Source: Thermoplasmata archaeon
Lineage (GTDB): Archaea > Thermoplasmatota > Thermoplasmata > UBA10834
Reading direction: 5' to 3'
Assembly: GCA_035529455.1 (NCBI GenBank)
Contig: DATKWQ010000022.1
Coordinates: 7,418 to 71,417, forward strand
Length of the DNA stretch: 64,000 bases
A program made the position numbers and the translations under genes. Under the pieces are notes generated by a model, which was given only the letters and a program-made list of their open reading frames with translations, had not been told where the DNA came from and did not search any database. Shown in pieces: positions 28,844 through 39,000 of the stretch (positions are counted from its first letter, which is position 1; every line of letters starts with the position of its first letter).

Positions 28844-29372
28844 GGGACCTCCCGGTCACGCCGTCCGTGGCCTTGCCCTCCGCGGCCCTCAGGCGCCCCC
28901 TGACATCTAGTTCGTCGACCATGAGAGACACAGAAGCGGGGACCAGGTTTTTCCATCTGCCCCCTTCGGCTATCCTTCTCCGGATCTCCGACCCATTGTA
29001 CAACTTAGGGTTGTACGCCTTCGTCTTCCTCACGTCGTAGCCGACCTGGGAGAACAAAGAGCGAGTAATCGGACTGTTGGAGAAGACGGCGTCGAACGGC
29101 GGCACGTAGGATTCGATGTGGTTGACCCATATCGAGTACCTGTTGATGTCCCTCACCGGGATTATGTGGATGCGTTTGTGCTCTTTCCGCGGGAGGGACG
29201 ACAGGATCATCTGATATCTCTCGCTCGCGGTCAAAGGGTTCTTCCAGGTGTGCGATTCCTCCGCGCTGCCAATCACAATTATGAGCTCGTCGCACTTTGA
29301 CAACACCTCCTCGACAGCTTGGAGGTGGCCCTTGTGAAAAGGCTGGAACCTTCCGACGACGAGAGCGCGCAT
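28830..29372 (-). CDS. nadM: Nicotinamide-nucleotide adenylyltransferase
   Basis: GRFQPFHKGH, IGSA, NPLTASER, GSEIRRRI. Confidence 0.93.
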   Translation of the reverse strand: MRALVVGRFQPFHKGHLQAVEEVLSKCDELIIVIGSAEESHTWKNPLTASERYQMILSSLPRKEHKRIHIIPVRDINRYSIWVNHIESYVPPFDAVFSNSPITRSLFSQVGYDVRKTKAYNPKLYNGSEIRRRIAEGGRWKNLVPASVSLMVDELDVRGRLRAAEGKATDGVTGRSRVRK

Positions 29373-29402
29373 GACCGTAACCGTATCACGGCCCCCCTGT
29401 CA

Positions 29403-31403
29403 TCAGTTCGCCGCAGGCCTCTCAACGCCTGTTGCTGTCGTCACAGAGGGGGTCTTGGAGACTACAGACGTCCGTCTGCTTGTAGCGACCAGAGCGGCCA
29501 ACTTCTTCAACAGCCCCTCCTTCTTGGCCCCCACCAGCGCATGAGAGAGAACATCGTTCAGCGTCCTGACTGGGATCACCTCGATGAGGCCGAGGTACTT
29601 GTCTTCCAAGATCACGTCCTTCAAGTTCTGCTCAGGAATGAGGACCTTCTTGAGGCCCATCTCAGCCGCCGCCTCTATCTTCGCCGTGACGCCGCCGACA
29701 GGGAGCACCTGGCCGCGGACGCTCAGGCTGCCGGTCATCGCTACGCTCTGGTCAACCTCGATCTCTTCGAATGCGGAGATGACAGATGTCGCCACTGCAA
29801 TAGACGCGCTGTCGCCCTCAATACCGTCATATGTGCCAATGAACTGAACATGGATGTCGTGACTCGTGATGTCCTCTTCTGTGTATTTCTTTATCAGAGC
29901 CGATACATTCTGGACCGACTCCTTGGCTATCTCGCCCAGCTTCCCGGTGGCGATTATCCGTCCGCTCTCCCTGTTCTGAGAGGGCGTGACCTCCGCCACA
30001 ATCGGAGTGACTATCCCGGAGAACTCCGCCATCGAGGAGTCGGCATTCAACACCGCCAGACCGTTCACAATGCCAATGACAGACCCCTCCGTCAGGCACA
30101 TCTGGTAGTCCTTCCTCCGCTCGACGACCCTGTCCGTGACCTGCTGTTCAAGGGACCGAGCGGTCAACTTGGCCTCGGTGACATGCTTAGCCTCCACGTA
30201 CTCCGCGCCTCGCTCACGAGCCACGTCACCGGCGACCCTGACGAGACCGCCCAATTCACGAAGTCTCAAGGTGAGCATCCCCCGACGTCCAGACCGGCGC
30301 TGCGCCTCGCGTATTATCTCGCTCACGGCGCCCATCGTGAAGTGAGGTATCTTCTTGTCTTTCGACACCTCCTGTGCGACGAATCTCAGGAGCTTCTCCC
30401 GGTTGTCGTCCGTGTCGGGCATCGTGCTCCTCATGTATATCTCGTAGCCGTAGCCACGAACCCTTGACCGCAGAGCTGGATGCATGCCGGCAACCGCGTC
30501 GAGGTTGCCTGCAGCCACAAGTATGAAATCGCAAGGCACGGGCTCGCTCTTAACCATCGCTCCCGAGCTGCGTTCGCTCTGGCCAAGTATGCCGAACTCG
30601 CCCTCCTGAAGGGCCGTCAGCAGGCTCTGCTGGCTTTCCATCCTCAGGACGTTTATCTCATCGATGAACAGCACACCCTTGCTGGCTTTGTGTATAGCTC
30701 CCGGCTCCAGCCGCTCATGGGCTGGGGTCTCGAGCCCACCGCTCTGGAACGGGTCATGCTTGACGTCACCTAGTAGGGCGCCCGCGTGTGAGCCCGTCGC
30801 ATCTATGAACGGAGGGGCATCATCCAGAGTGTGAGTGATCAGGAGCTTTGGGACGATGAGTGCCTCCCGCCTCTGGCCGGTCATGTATCGGAATATCATG
30901 AATATGAACAGGGAACCGATTATGCCTATCAACAACAGGGTCGGGTCGCCATACACGACAAACATCATGACGGATAGCATCAGGAAGACGAACACCATGG
31001 CAATCGTCCATTGGTTCCTCTCCTTCTTCTTCTGCTCGGCCTCCGCCTTCTGAGCCTGGACTATCTCCTTTCCCTTTCCCGCCGGCACGATCCTGACCTT
31101 CGGTTCGTTGTTGTCGTCGGGGTTGTGGTAGGCGATGACGTCCTGCATCTCGCCCTTGGGCAGGAAGTCCACCATTGACCTGGCGAGCATGGACTTGCCC
31201 GTTCCGGGGTCACCTATGAGGATGACATGGCGTTTCTGCTCCGCGGCCTTCCTGATGACCTTGACCGCCTCCTCCTGTCCTATGACCTGTTCCACAAGCT
31301 TGGGAGGTATCTCTATCTCGTCGGTCGACTTGTAATTATGACCCTTTATCCACTCGTCGATATCGGGCAGGCCCAAGGTGGCCCTAGAATCAACATCGCC
31401 CAT
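29403..31403 (-). CDS. lonB: Membrane-bound ATP-dependent protease LonB
   Basis: [10 protein letters not shown] hairpin insert, LFIDEI, EGDSAS and KIEAA Ser-Lys dyad. Confidence 0.96.
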   Translation of the reverse strand: MGDVDSRATLGLPDIDEWIKGHNYKSTDEIEIPPKLVEQVIGQEEAVKVIRKAAEQKRHVILIGDPGTGKSMLARSMVDFLPKGEMQDVIAYHNPDDNNEPKVRIVPAGKGKEIVQAQKAEAEQKKKERNQWTIAMVFVFLMLSVMMFVVYGDPTLLLIGIIGSLFIFMIFRYMTGQRREALIVPKLLITHTLDDAPPFIDATGSHAGALLGDVKHDPFQSGGLETPAHERLEPGAIHKASKGVLFIDEINVLRMESQQSLLTALQEGEFGILGQSERSSGAMVKSEPVPCDFILVAAGNLDAVAGMHPALRSRVRGYGYEIYMRSTMPDTDDNREKLLRFVAQEVSKDKKIPHFTMGAVSEIIREAQRRSGRRGMLTLRLRELGGLVRVAGDVARERGAEYVEAKHVTEAKLTARSLEQQVTDRVVERRKDYQMCLTEGSVIGIVNGLAVLNADSSMAEFSGIVTPIVAEVTPSQNRESGRIIATGKLGEIAKESVQNVSALIKKYTEEDITSHDIHVQFIGTYDGIEGDSASIAVATSVISAFEEIEVDQSVAMTGSLSVRGQVLPVGGVTAKIEAAAEMGLKKVLIPEQNLKDVILEDKYLGLIEVIPVRTLNDVLSHALVGAKKEGLLKKLAALVATSRRTSVVSKTPSVTTATGVERPAAN

Positions 31404-31581
31404 CAGACTGCACCAGTACCTAAGCTTCCTATTAGGCTAGTGCTAAATAAGCGTTGCGCCATGAAAATCCGTCGGGTACGCTGAGCCAGTACGTTCGCAC
31501 ACCCGAGGAGAGCTTATTCATTTCAAGGCAACAAATATTAGCTGTCGGCCCATCTCATGGCCGAAGCGGTTCAGAGGGAAG

Positions 31582-33753
31582 ATGACGAAGCTCAGCGACC
31601 TTGGCATTGATGGACGGATTGTCGACCGCCTTTTAGAGGACGGCATAGAGGAACTCTATCCGCCGCAGGCAGAGGCCATCGTGCCCGCGCTTGCCGGTAA
31701 GAACACGGTGTTGTCGATCCCGACCGCTTCGGGGAAGAGCCTGGTAGCATACCTGGCGATACTGAACAGCGTGCTCAAAGGGGGGAAGGCGTTGTACATC
31801 GTCCCGCTCAAAGCGCTCGCCTCTGAGAAGTTCGAGGAACTCAGCAAATTCGAGGACCTCGGCCTCAAGATAGGCGAGTCGACGGGTGACTACGATGGCA
31901 TCGATCCGAAACTGAGCACGTACGACATCGTCGTCGCGACCTCCGAGAAGGTCGACTCCCTTCTCCGTCACCGAAACAGTTGGCTCAAGCAGATAACAGT
32001 CGTCGTCGCCGACGAGGTACACCTTATAAACGACCCGGATAGAGGGCCCACGCTGGAGGTGATCCTTGTCAAGTTCAGGACATTCAATCCAGACGCACAA
32101 TTGGTGGCACTGTCGGCGACGATACGCAACTGCTCAGAGCTGTCGGACTGGCTCGACGCTGAGCTGATCATGAGCGACTGGAGGCCCGTGCCTTTGAGAG
32201 AAGGCGTCTGCTCGGACGGCGAGATATTCTTCACGGACAACACGCGCAGAAAGCTCCCGCAGAATATCAGTCCCATCCACAGCATCGTCTCTCAGACGCT
32301 CGATTCAGGGGGGCAGTGCCTCGTATTCGTGAACACGCGTCGTTCCACAGAGGCGCTCGCGTTGGAACTCGGTCCCCTCGTGAAGGGCAAGATGGGGGAC
32401 CGCATAGAAGGCATAAGCGAGGGAGCCAAACGGCTTGCTAGCGACCAGGAGGAGCCGACATCGCTCGGCAGCAAGCTATCGAAGAGCCTCAGGAACGGCT
32501 GCGCATTCCACCACGCTGGCCTCACAACACCCCAACGCAAGTTCGTGGAGTCGGGCTTCAGGAGCGGCAACATAGGGGTCATAACCGCGACGCCGACTCT
32601 GGCGGCTGGCATCAACCTGCCTGCCAGGACAGTGATAGTCCGCGACGTCCGAAGATACGATTCAAACATAGGCTATGTCGCGGTACCTGTACTCGAAGTC
32701 AAACAGATGTGTGGGAGAGCTGGGAGGCCGAGATACGACCCGTACGGAGAAGCTATACTCATCGCCAGGAGCGAGGAGGAGCGCAGGTTCATGTTGGACA
32801 CCTATCTCCTGGGGGAGAATGAGAACTTATATTCGAAACTGGGGACCGAACCGGCCATCCGGTCGCACGTGTTGGGTCTCATCGCCACGGGGGACGCGGC
32901 GTCGCAGGAGGATCTCATGGGATTCTTCGACAAGACGTTCCTCGCTCATCAGACAGACGCGCATCACCTTGAGGAGAACATCTCGAAGGTGGTCACGTTC
33001 CTCAGGGACGAGGGCATGATAGAGGGAACGGACACTCTGCGGACCACGCTGTTCGGCAAGAGGGTGAGCGATGTGTATATCGACCCCAAATCAGCCGTTA
33101 CCATGAGAGACGCGGTCCGCGACCGCACGACGTTCGCAGACTTCGGCCTCATCCATGCCGTCTGCGCTGTTCCCGACATGACACTCATGTATCTGAGGAG
33201 GTCCGACTACGAGTGGGTCGAGGACTTCGTGGAGGAGAAGCGAGGCGACCTGCTGATCGAGCCTCCCTCTGACCTCGACGGGTACGAGTTCTTCCTGTCT
33301 GAGATAAAGACCGCAAAGCTGATACACGACTGGATTTCAGAGGTCAGCGAGAACGCGATGGAGAAGGCGTATGGCATCGGACCAGGAGACATCCGCAACA
33401 AGGTCGAGCTGGCGAAGTGGCTGACGCATGCAATGTATCGACTCGCTGGGTTGGTGAACGAGGATGCCGTACAGCAGATCGATGGTGTCAACAGAAGGAT
33501 AGCGTATGGCATAAAGTCAGAATTGCTCGAACTGGTTAAATTGAAGGGCGTGGGACGCGTTCGTGCAAGGGCGTTGTACAGCCGCGGCTTGAAGACTCTC
33601 GAGGACATCAGGAACACCTCGTACGACCGTCTCAGGCAGTTGCCCAGCATCGGGGACCAGGTGGCGGCATCCATCAAGAAGCAGCTTGGACAGTCCGAGC
33701 CTGGGATGCAACAGGAGACCGAGCCCGGACAGAAGTCTCTGAGGGAGTTCTAG
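31582..33753 (+). CDS. hel308: Ski2-like DNA helicase Hel308/Hjm
   Basis: PTASGKS, DEVH, LSAT, HHAGL, TLAAGINLPA, QMCGRAGR, GVGRVRAR HhH, C-terminal QKSLREF. Confidence 0.96.
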   Translation: MTKLSDLGIDGRIVDRLLEDGIEELYPPQAEAIVPALAGKNTVLSIPTASGKSLVAYLAILNSVLKGGKALYIVPLKALASEKFEELSKFEDLGLKIGESTGDYDGIDPKLSTYDIVVATSEKVDSLLRHRNSWLKQITVVVADEVHLINDPDRGPTLEVILVKFRTFNPDAQLVALSATIRNCSELSDWLDAELIMSDWRPVPLREGVCSDGEIFFTDNTRRKLPQNISPIHSIVSQTLDSGGQCLVFVNTRRSTEALALELGPLVKGKMGDRIEGISEGAKRLASDQEEPTSLGSKLSKSLRNGCAFHHAGLTTPQRKFVESGFRSGNIGVITATPTLAAGINLPARTVIVRDVRRYDSNIGYVAVPVLEVKQMCGRAGRPRYDPYGEAILIARSEEERRFMLDTYLLGENENLYSKLGTEPAIRSHVLGLIATGDAASQEDLMGFFDKTFLAHQTDAHHLEENISKVVTFLRDEGMIEGTDTLRTTLFGKRVSDVYIDPKSAVTMRDAVRDRTTFADFGLIHAVCAVPDMTLMYLRRSDYEWVEDFVEEKRGDLLIEPPSDLDGYEFFLSEIKTAKLIHDWISEVSENAMEKAYGIGPGDIRNKVELAKWLTHAMYRLAGLVNEDAVQQIDGVNRRIAYGIKSELLELVKLKGVGRVRARALYSRGLKTLEDIRNTSYDRLRQLPSIGDQVAASIKKQLGQSEPGMQQETEPGQKSLREF

Positions 33754-33799
33754 ACACCGATACTTTTTAGCCTGATGGGCGGTCTATCCTCGAGTCAGC

Positions 33800-34318
33800 A
33801 TGTCCGAAGCAATGGAGTCCCCCTCAGTCGAGGGTCTGAACGCGTGGAGGATGGAGGCCAGACCTGGCGAGGCGAAAGGGGTGATGCAGGAGCTGCTGGA
33901 AGCGGCCAAGAAGACCGGCGCAGAGGTCCTCATCGTGGACGGGAAGCTGGTCTTCGGGTGGGAGCATCTCGCCAGCGCCATCTTCCATGCGCGGAAGGCC
34001 ATCGCCGAAGGGCGTAACTCCTCCGAGTCGCTGGCAATGGAATCGTTATTGTACGCTTCTGGAGAGAGACAGCTCAGCAGCGCGATCAAGAAGATGAGTG
34101 TCAGCGATGCCACGTCTTCAATCGTCGTCGTCCATCTCGAGGGAGGGGCCCTCTATCTGGGAAAGGAATGGGAGCCTCTGCCCAAGACATTCGCACCCGA
34201 GAGGGATGACCTCATCCAGTACGGTATCTCCGGTTCGGAGCTGAGCACCGTGGACTCGGGACGGCATGCGGACCTCGTGCTCGAGAGGGTCGCGGCGGTC
34301 GATGTCATCAAGAAGTGA
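33800..34318 (+). CDS. cgi121: KEOPS subunit Cgi121
   Basis: HLASA, MESLLYASGERQLSSAI, LVLERVA; directly follows hel308. Confidence 0.88.
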   Translation: MSEAMESPSVEGLNAWRMEARPGEAKGVMQELLEAAKKTGAEVLIVDGKLVFGWEHLASAIFHARKAIAEGRNSSESLAMESLLYASGERQLSSAIKKMSVSDATSSIVVVHLEGGALYLGKEWEPLPKTFAPERDDLIQYGISGSELSTVDSGRHADLVLERVAAVDVIKK

Positions 34319-34392
34319 CAGCTATCGATGCCTGGGCATGGCCATGAGCGATGTTATTATAATATGCCATGTAGCTCATTACTGAGACCACG

Positions 34393-35292
34393 ATGGGTGC
34401 TTTAGTCGAATGCGTCCCGAACTTCAGCGAGGGACGAAGGAAGGAGGTCGTCGAGCGTATCGTCTACTCGATAAGCTCAGTCCCAGGAATCAAAGTACTC
34501 GACGTCGAGATGGACGGCGACCACAATCGGTCGGTCGTCACGTTCGTTGGCAACAAGTCCAGCATCCAGGAGGGGGCGTTCAGAGGGGCCAGAGCCGCTG
34601 CTGAACTGATCGACCTCACTAAGCACGAGGGAGAGCATCCCCGGATGGGCGCGTTGGACGTCCTCCCGTTCGTGCCCATCAGGGGCGTCACGATGCGTGA
34701 ATGCGCGGACATCGCAGCCGCAGTCGGCGAGAGGATTGCCAGACAGCTCGCGATACCAGTCTATCTCTATGAGTCGGCGGCGAGGACCCCCGACAGGAAG
34801 AACCTCGAGAAGGTGCGAAAAGGTCAGTTCGAAGGACTAAGAGAGTCAATTGCCACTGACGATTCGAAATACCCCGATTTCGGGCCGAGACGAGTTCACC
34901 CCACCGCGGGCGCGACCGCCGTGGGAGCCAGAATGCCGCTCATAGCCTTCAACATCAACCTTGAATCCAAGGACCTACAGGCGGCAAAGGACATCGCCAA
35001 GGAGATAAGGGCCAGCAGCGGCGGGCTTCCGCACCTCAAAGCCCTGGGATTCGACCTCAAGGAGAAAGGAATTGTCCAAGTCTCAATGAACCTCACCGAC
35101 TACACCGTCACTCCGATATCACATGTCTTTGACGAGGTCAAGAAGAGGGCCGATGCCAGGGGCATCGAGATCGCAGGGAGCGAGATAATCGGGCTGATAC
35201 CGCTCGAGGCCGTATGCGACATAACAGCTAGATTCCTCAAGCTCGAGCAGTTCTCAAGCAGTCAAATCTTGGAGAGGCGGATCTGGTGTTGA
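34393..35292 (+). CDS. ftcd: Glutamate formiminotransferase
   Basis: VECVPNFSEGR, DHNRSV, HPRMGALDV, GATAVGAR, QVSMNL. Confidence 0.95.
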   Translation: MGALVECVPNFSEGRRKEVVERIVYSISSVPGIKVLDVEMDGDHNRSVVTFVGNKSSIQEGAFRGARAAAELIDLTKHEGEHPRMGALDVLPFVPIRGVTMRECADIAAAVGERIARQLAIPVYLYESAARTPDRKNLEKVRKGQFEGLRESIATDDSKYPDFGPRRVHPTAGATAVGARMPLIAFNINLESKDLQAAKDIAKEIRASSGGLPHLKALGFDLKEKGIVQVSMNLTDYTVTPISHVFDEVKKRADARGIEIAGSEIIGLIPLEAVCDITARFLKLEQFSSSQILERRIWC

Positions 35293-35906
35293 AGGACGTC
35301 AAAGGTCTGGATGAGTTCTGTGCGGAGCTGTCTTCAGACGAGCCATCGCCTGGAGGCGGAACGGCGTCCGCGGCGTCCGGCGCAATTGCTGCATCCCTTC
35401 TGGCGATGGTATGTCGCATAACCCGCAAGAGGAAGAAACACGAGGAACAGTGGCAGGAGCTCGATATGATGACCGACTCGCTCCTAACCCTCAGGGACGA
35501 GCTCGTGCAGCTCGCCATGGAGGATGCCAGGGCGTATGATGCGCTGGTGGAGGCGATGAGGAGACGGAAGGTGGAGACGACGACCGAGACAGAGGATGCC
35601 GTCAAGTCGGCCCTTGGCGGGGCCATCGAGGTGCCGCAGAAGACGGCAAGGGCCTGTGCGAGGATCCTCGAGATGTCATCCAGAGTCGCCGAGATAGGCG
35701 TACGAAGCGCATACTCGGATGTCGCTGTGGCCATACATCTCGCCGAGGCAGGCGTCAAAGGCGCCCTCGTGAACGTCAGCATCAACCTGGAGGGGTCAAA
35801 CGACCTCGAGTACGCGGAGGCCATGAAGAGAGATGTCAAGGACCAGTCAGACAGGGCGTCCCGGGCGGCGAAGGGGGCGCTGGACAAGCTGTCAGTGCCG
35901 AATTGA
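35286..35906 (+). CDS. Formiminotetrahydrofolate cyclodeaminase / cyclohydrolase family
   Basis: PSPGGGTASA, EDARAY, SDVAVA, NVSINL; overlaps the ftcd stop. Confidence 0.92.
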   Translation: MLKDVKGLDEFCAELSSDEPSPGGGTASAASGAIAASLLAMVCRITRKRKKHEEQWQELDMMTDSLLTLRDELVQLAMEDARAYDALVEAMRRRKVETTTETEDAVKSALGGAIEVPQKTARACARILEMSSRVAEIGVRSAYSDVAVAIHLAEAGVKGALVNVSINLEGSNDLEYAEAMKRDVKDQSDRASRAAKGALDKLSVPN

Positions 35907-36050
35907 GGACTGCTGAACCCTGTTGACTCCCGTATCAGGATTGATAGAGATGACGATACCTTTAATACGAGCTACCAGAATGAGAACACCTACAGGTTCA
36001 GCCAGGGGACTCGGCACCCTCCGGCACAGACAACGGGAGCATGGTTTGAG

Positions 36051-39000
36051 TTGAGCGGCAATTATCTCAAGAGCCTTCAGCTTGCGAAGCAGCTAGAGCA
36101 GCGGGCGAAAGAGGCGACTCAGAACAAGAAGCTCGCCGAGGAGGAGCGCGATGCCATCCAGAAGTTCATCGACCTCTGCGAGGAGAGCGATGTCGACCTC
36201 GGTGATGTTGACAAGCTCCTTTCAGAATTCTCAGCCTCGATTAATGCGAAGGACTATCAGTCTGCCGTAGGTCATGCACGCAAGGCGATGGAATCAGCCC
36301 GAACCGCGTACATACGGAAAGTGGCGGACGTGGGCGACTCTGTCGACGCCCTCTTGAAGCTGATAAAAGGACCAGAAGCCGAATCAAAAGGCGCCCTTGA
36401 GATGCTCGATAAGAGCAAGAACCTCGTCATGAAGGACGACCTCCAGGGCGCGATGAAGCAGGCCAGGAGCGCCTACGATGCGGCCGAAAGGACTTTTCAC
36501 GAGTACTTCTCGTTGCGATTCTCACAGGCCCAGGAGATCATCAACCAGGCAAAGGACATGGGAGAAGATGTGAGCCTGTTCGAAGACCTCCTGAACCGTT
36601 CGAAATCCGCGTTGGAGAAGCAGGACTACGAGGGCGGGATCTCTCAGTTGACTGAAGCCCTTGAAGGGGCGGGCGAGAACCTCAAGGGACAGATCGAGGA
36701 AGCCATCTCCAAGGCGGACGACCTCTCCCGGGCGGGCCAAGACATCGGTGCCGACATGGAGAGGGTCACTGGGCACATGGAGCGCGCGAAGGCGGCGCTC
36801 GAGGGTCTGAGATATCGCGATGCCCTCAGCTACTCAAAGAGGGCCGAAAGCGACGCTGAGAAGGCGATATCCAACAGACTGACAGACCAGATACGAGACA
36901 TCAGAAGCGGCATCAAATCCATGAAGACCGTCGATGAGGACTCGAAGGAGACAAGGGACCTTCTGGACAACGCCCAGGAAGCGATTCGAGAGAAGGACTA
37001 TACAGCGGCCATCAGCTCGTTCAAGGACGCTAACAAGAAGATCAGAGACGTCCATTTCCAAGCGGTTCTCAGCGTCATAGCCAAGGCCAAAGACAAGTTC
37101 GTCCTCGCGAAGAAGGTCGGGGTCGACATGAGCAAGGCGATAGAATTGCTCAACAAATCGAGGGCGAGCCTTCGCAAGGACGAGTTCGAGAACGCCATCA
37201 AGCTGGCGGAGGAGAGCGAGGACGCCGTGGAAACGGCCCTTCAGCTTTTCTACAGAGCCCGTGACGAGCTCGTGGAGCTGACCAAAGTCATCAAATTGAT
37301 GAAAGGGCTGAACATAGACATACAGGAAGTGAAGCTTCGCCTTGACGAGGCGAAGAAGTCCTTCGAGAAAAAGGATTATGAGAGCTCCTCAAAGGCACTC
37401 TCTGAGGGCATATCAGCTGGGAGGAACAAGATTCACGAGGTCGTCGTCAGCAAGACAGACATGGCGGATGGCGCCATCAAGCTTGGGAAGTCAATAGGCG
37501 CAGAGGTGGCAGAGGCAGAGATGGCATTCCAGAAGGCTGCCGAGTCTATGACCGGCGAGGACCTCGCCAAGTCGATCAAGCTCGCAGAGGAGAGTCTGGA
37601 CGCGGCCAACAACGCCATCTCATCCGCCCTGAATGCACGATTACGCAGCCTCGAGGAATTCATCGACGGTTTCGAGAAGAAAGACGACAGCATGGATGGC
37701 GTCAGAGAACAGATTGCGGCCGCAAGGAAGCACATCGAGGCAGGCGAGTTCGAGGAGACCAACGAAATTGTCAGCAGCGTGACCAGAAGCCTTGAGAACG
37801 TCGGCAAAGAGGAATGCGAGAGGCTGATGGCGACCGTCAATGAGAAGGTCGATATCGCCAGGTCGATTGATGTCGACACGAAAGCCATCGAAGAGTTGCT
37901 CTCTGAGGTGGACGGACTACTCGAATCGAAAGCATATGACGACGCCATGGTGAAGATCAAAGGAGCCATAGAGAAGGTCGACGAGGCGTCGTTCAGGATT
38001 CTTCAGGCGGAGTTCTCCTCGATAAAAGGCACAATCGAGGAGGCGAAAGCCCTCGAGATGGATGTCAGCGACATCAAGGACCGGCTCACCGAAGCGAGGA
38101 TCAAGGCAGAATCGCACAACTACAAGGAATCGCACGATCTGACTGTGGTCATCAAAGCAGCCATCAGCGACAGAGTGTCCATGCACGACGCGATCAAGGA
38201 GAGGATCCGCAGAGCGGAAGGACTCATACAGGAAGCCGCGCAGAGCAAAGCGGACGTTTCCGGGCTGGGCGAGGAGCTCAAGAAAGCTATCGGCGTCTTC
38301 GAGGAAGGACGTCTTGACGAGGCAGGGTCCGAGCTCGATGCCCTGATAGACGAGACGGAGAAGCGTCTCGCAATGTACCTCGCCGCCAAACTGATACTCG
38401 CATCCAAGGAGAGCATTGAGCTCTCCGTGTCCCATGGAATCGACGTAGAGGAGGCACAGAACCTCCTCTCCAAGGCCAAGGAGGAGATGAAGGACAAGAG
38501 CTACGATGTGGCCCTCGAACTCAGCAAGATGTCCAGCGAAATGTCCGCTGCGGCTTTGGCCAAGGGCGTCGACGAACTGATAAAGGATGTCCGCAGGATC
38601 GTCGCCGAGGCGAAGAACGTCAGCATGGACACGGTTGGCCCGGACAAGCTGGTCGAGAAAGCGGTCGAACTCTCAAAGGAGGGCGACTATGCCGGGGCAC
38701 TCAGGTGCGTAGATTCGGCCAAGGAGGATGTTGACCATGTCCGAAACCTCAACGCTCAGGCTACAGCGGAGATAAGGTCCGCCAGAACCAGCCTCAAAGA
38801 GGCAGAGATGCTCAACATGGATATTGGTCAATCACGCGAGATGTTGGAGCAGGCTGTTGAGGCGTTGACGAGGCACCAGTACGCAATCGCGATAGAGCTG
38901 GCGAAGAAATCCTCCGAGACCTCGATGGAAATCACAAAGACCAGCGTATGGAAGACCCTTGAGGAGTTCAAGGACAAGATCGACAAGGCATCAGAGGAAG

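Noticed and set aside
31582..34318. hel308-cgi121 linkage (also egsA-UPF0179 and tdh-kbl)
   Set aside because: Known conserved neighbourhoods, not novel.
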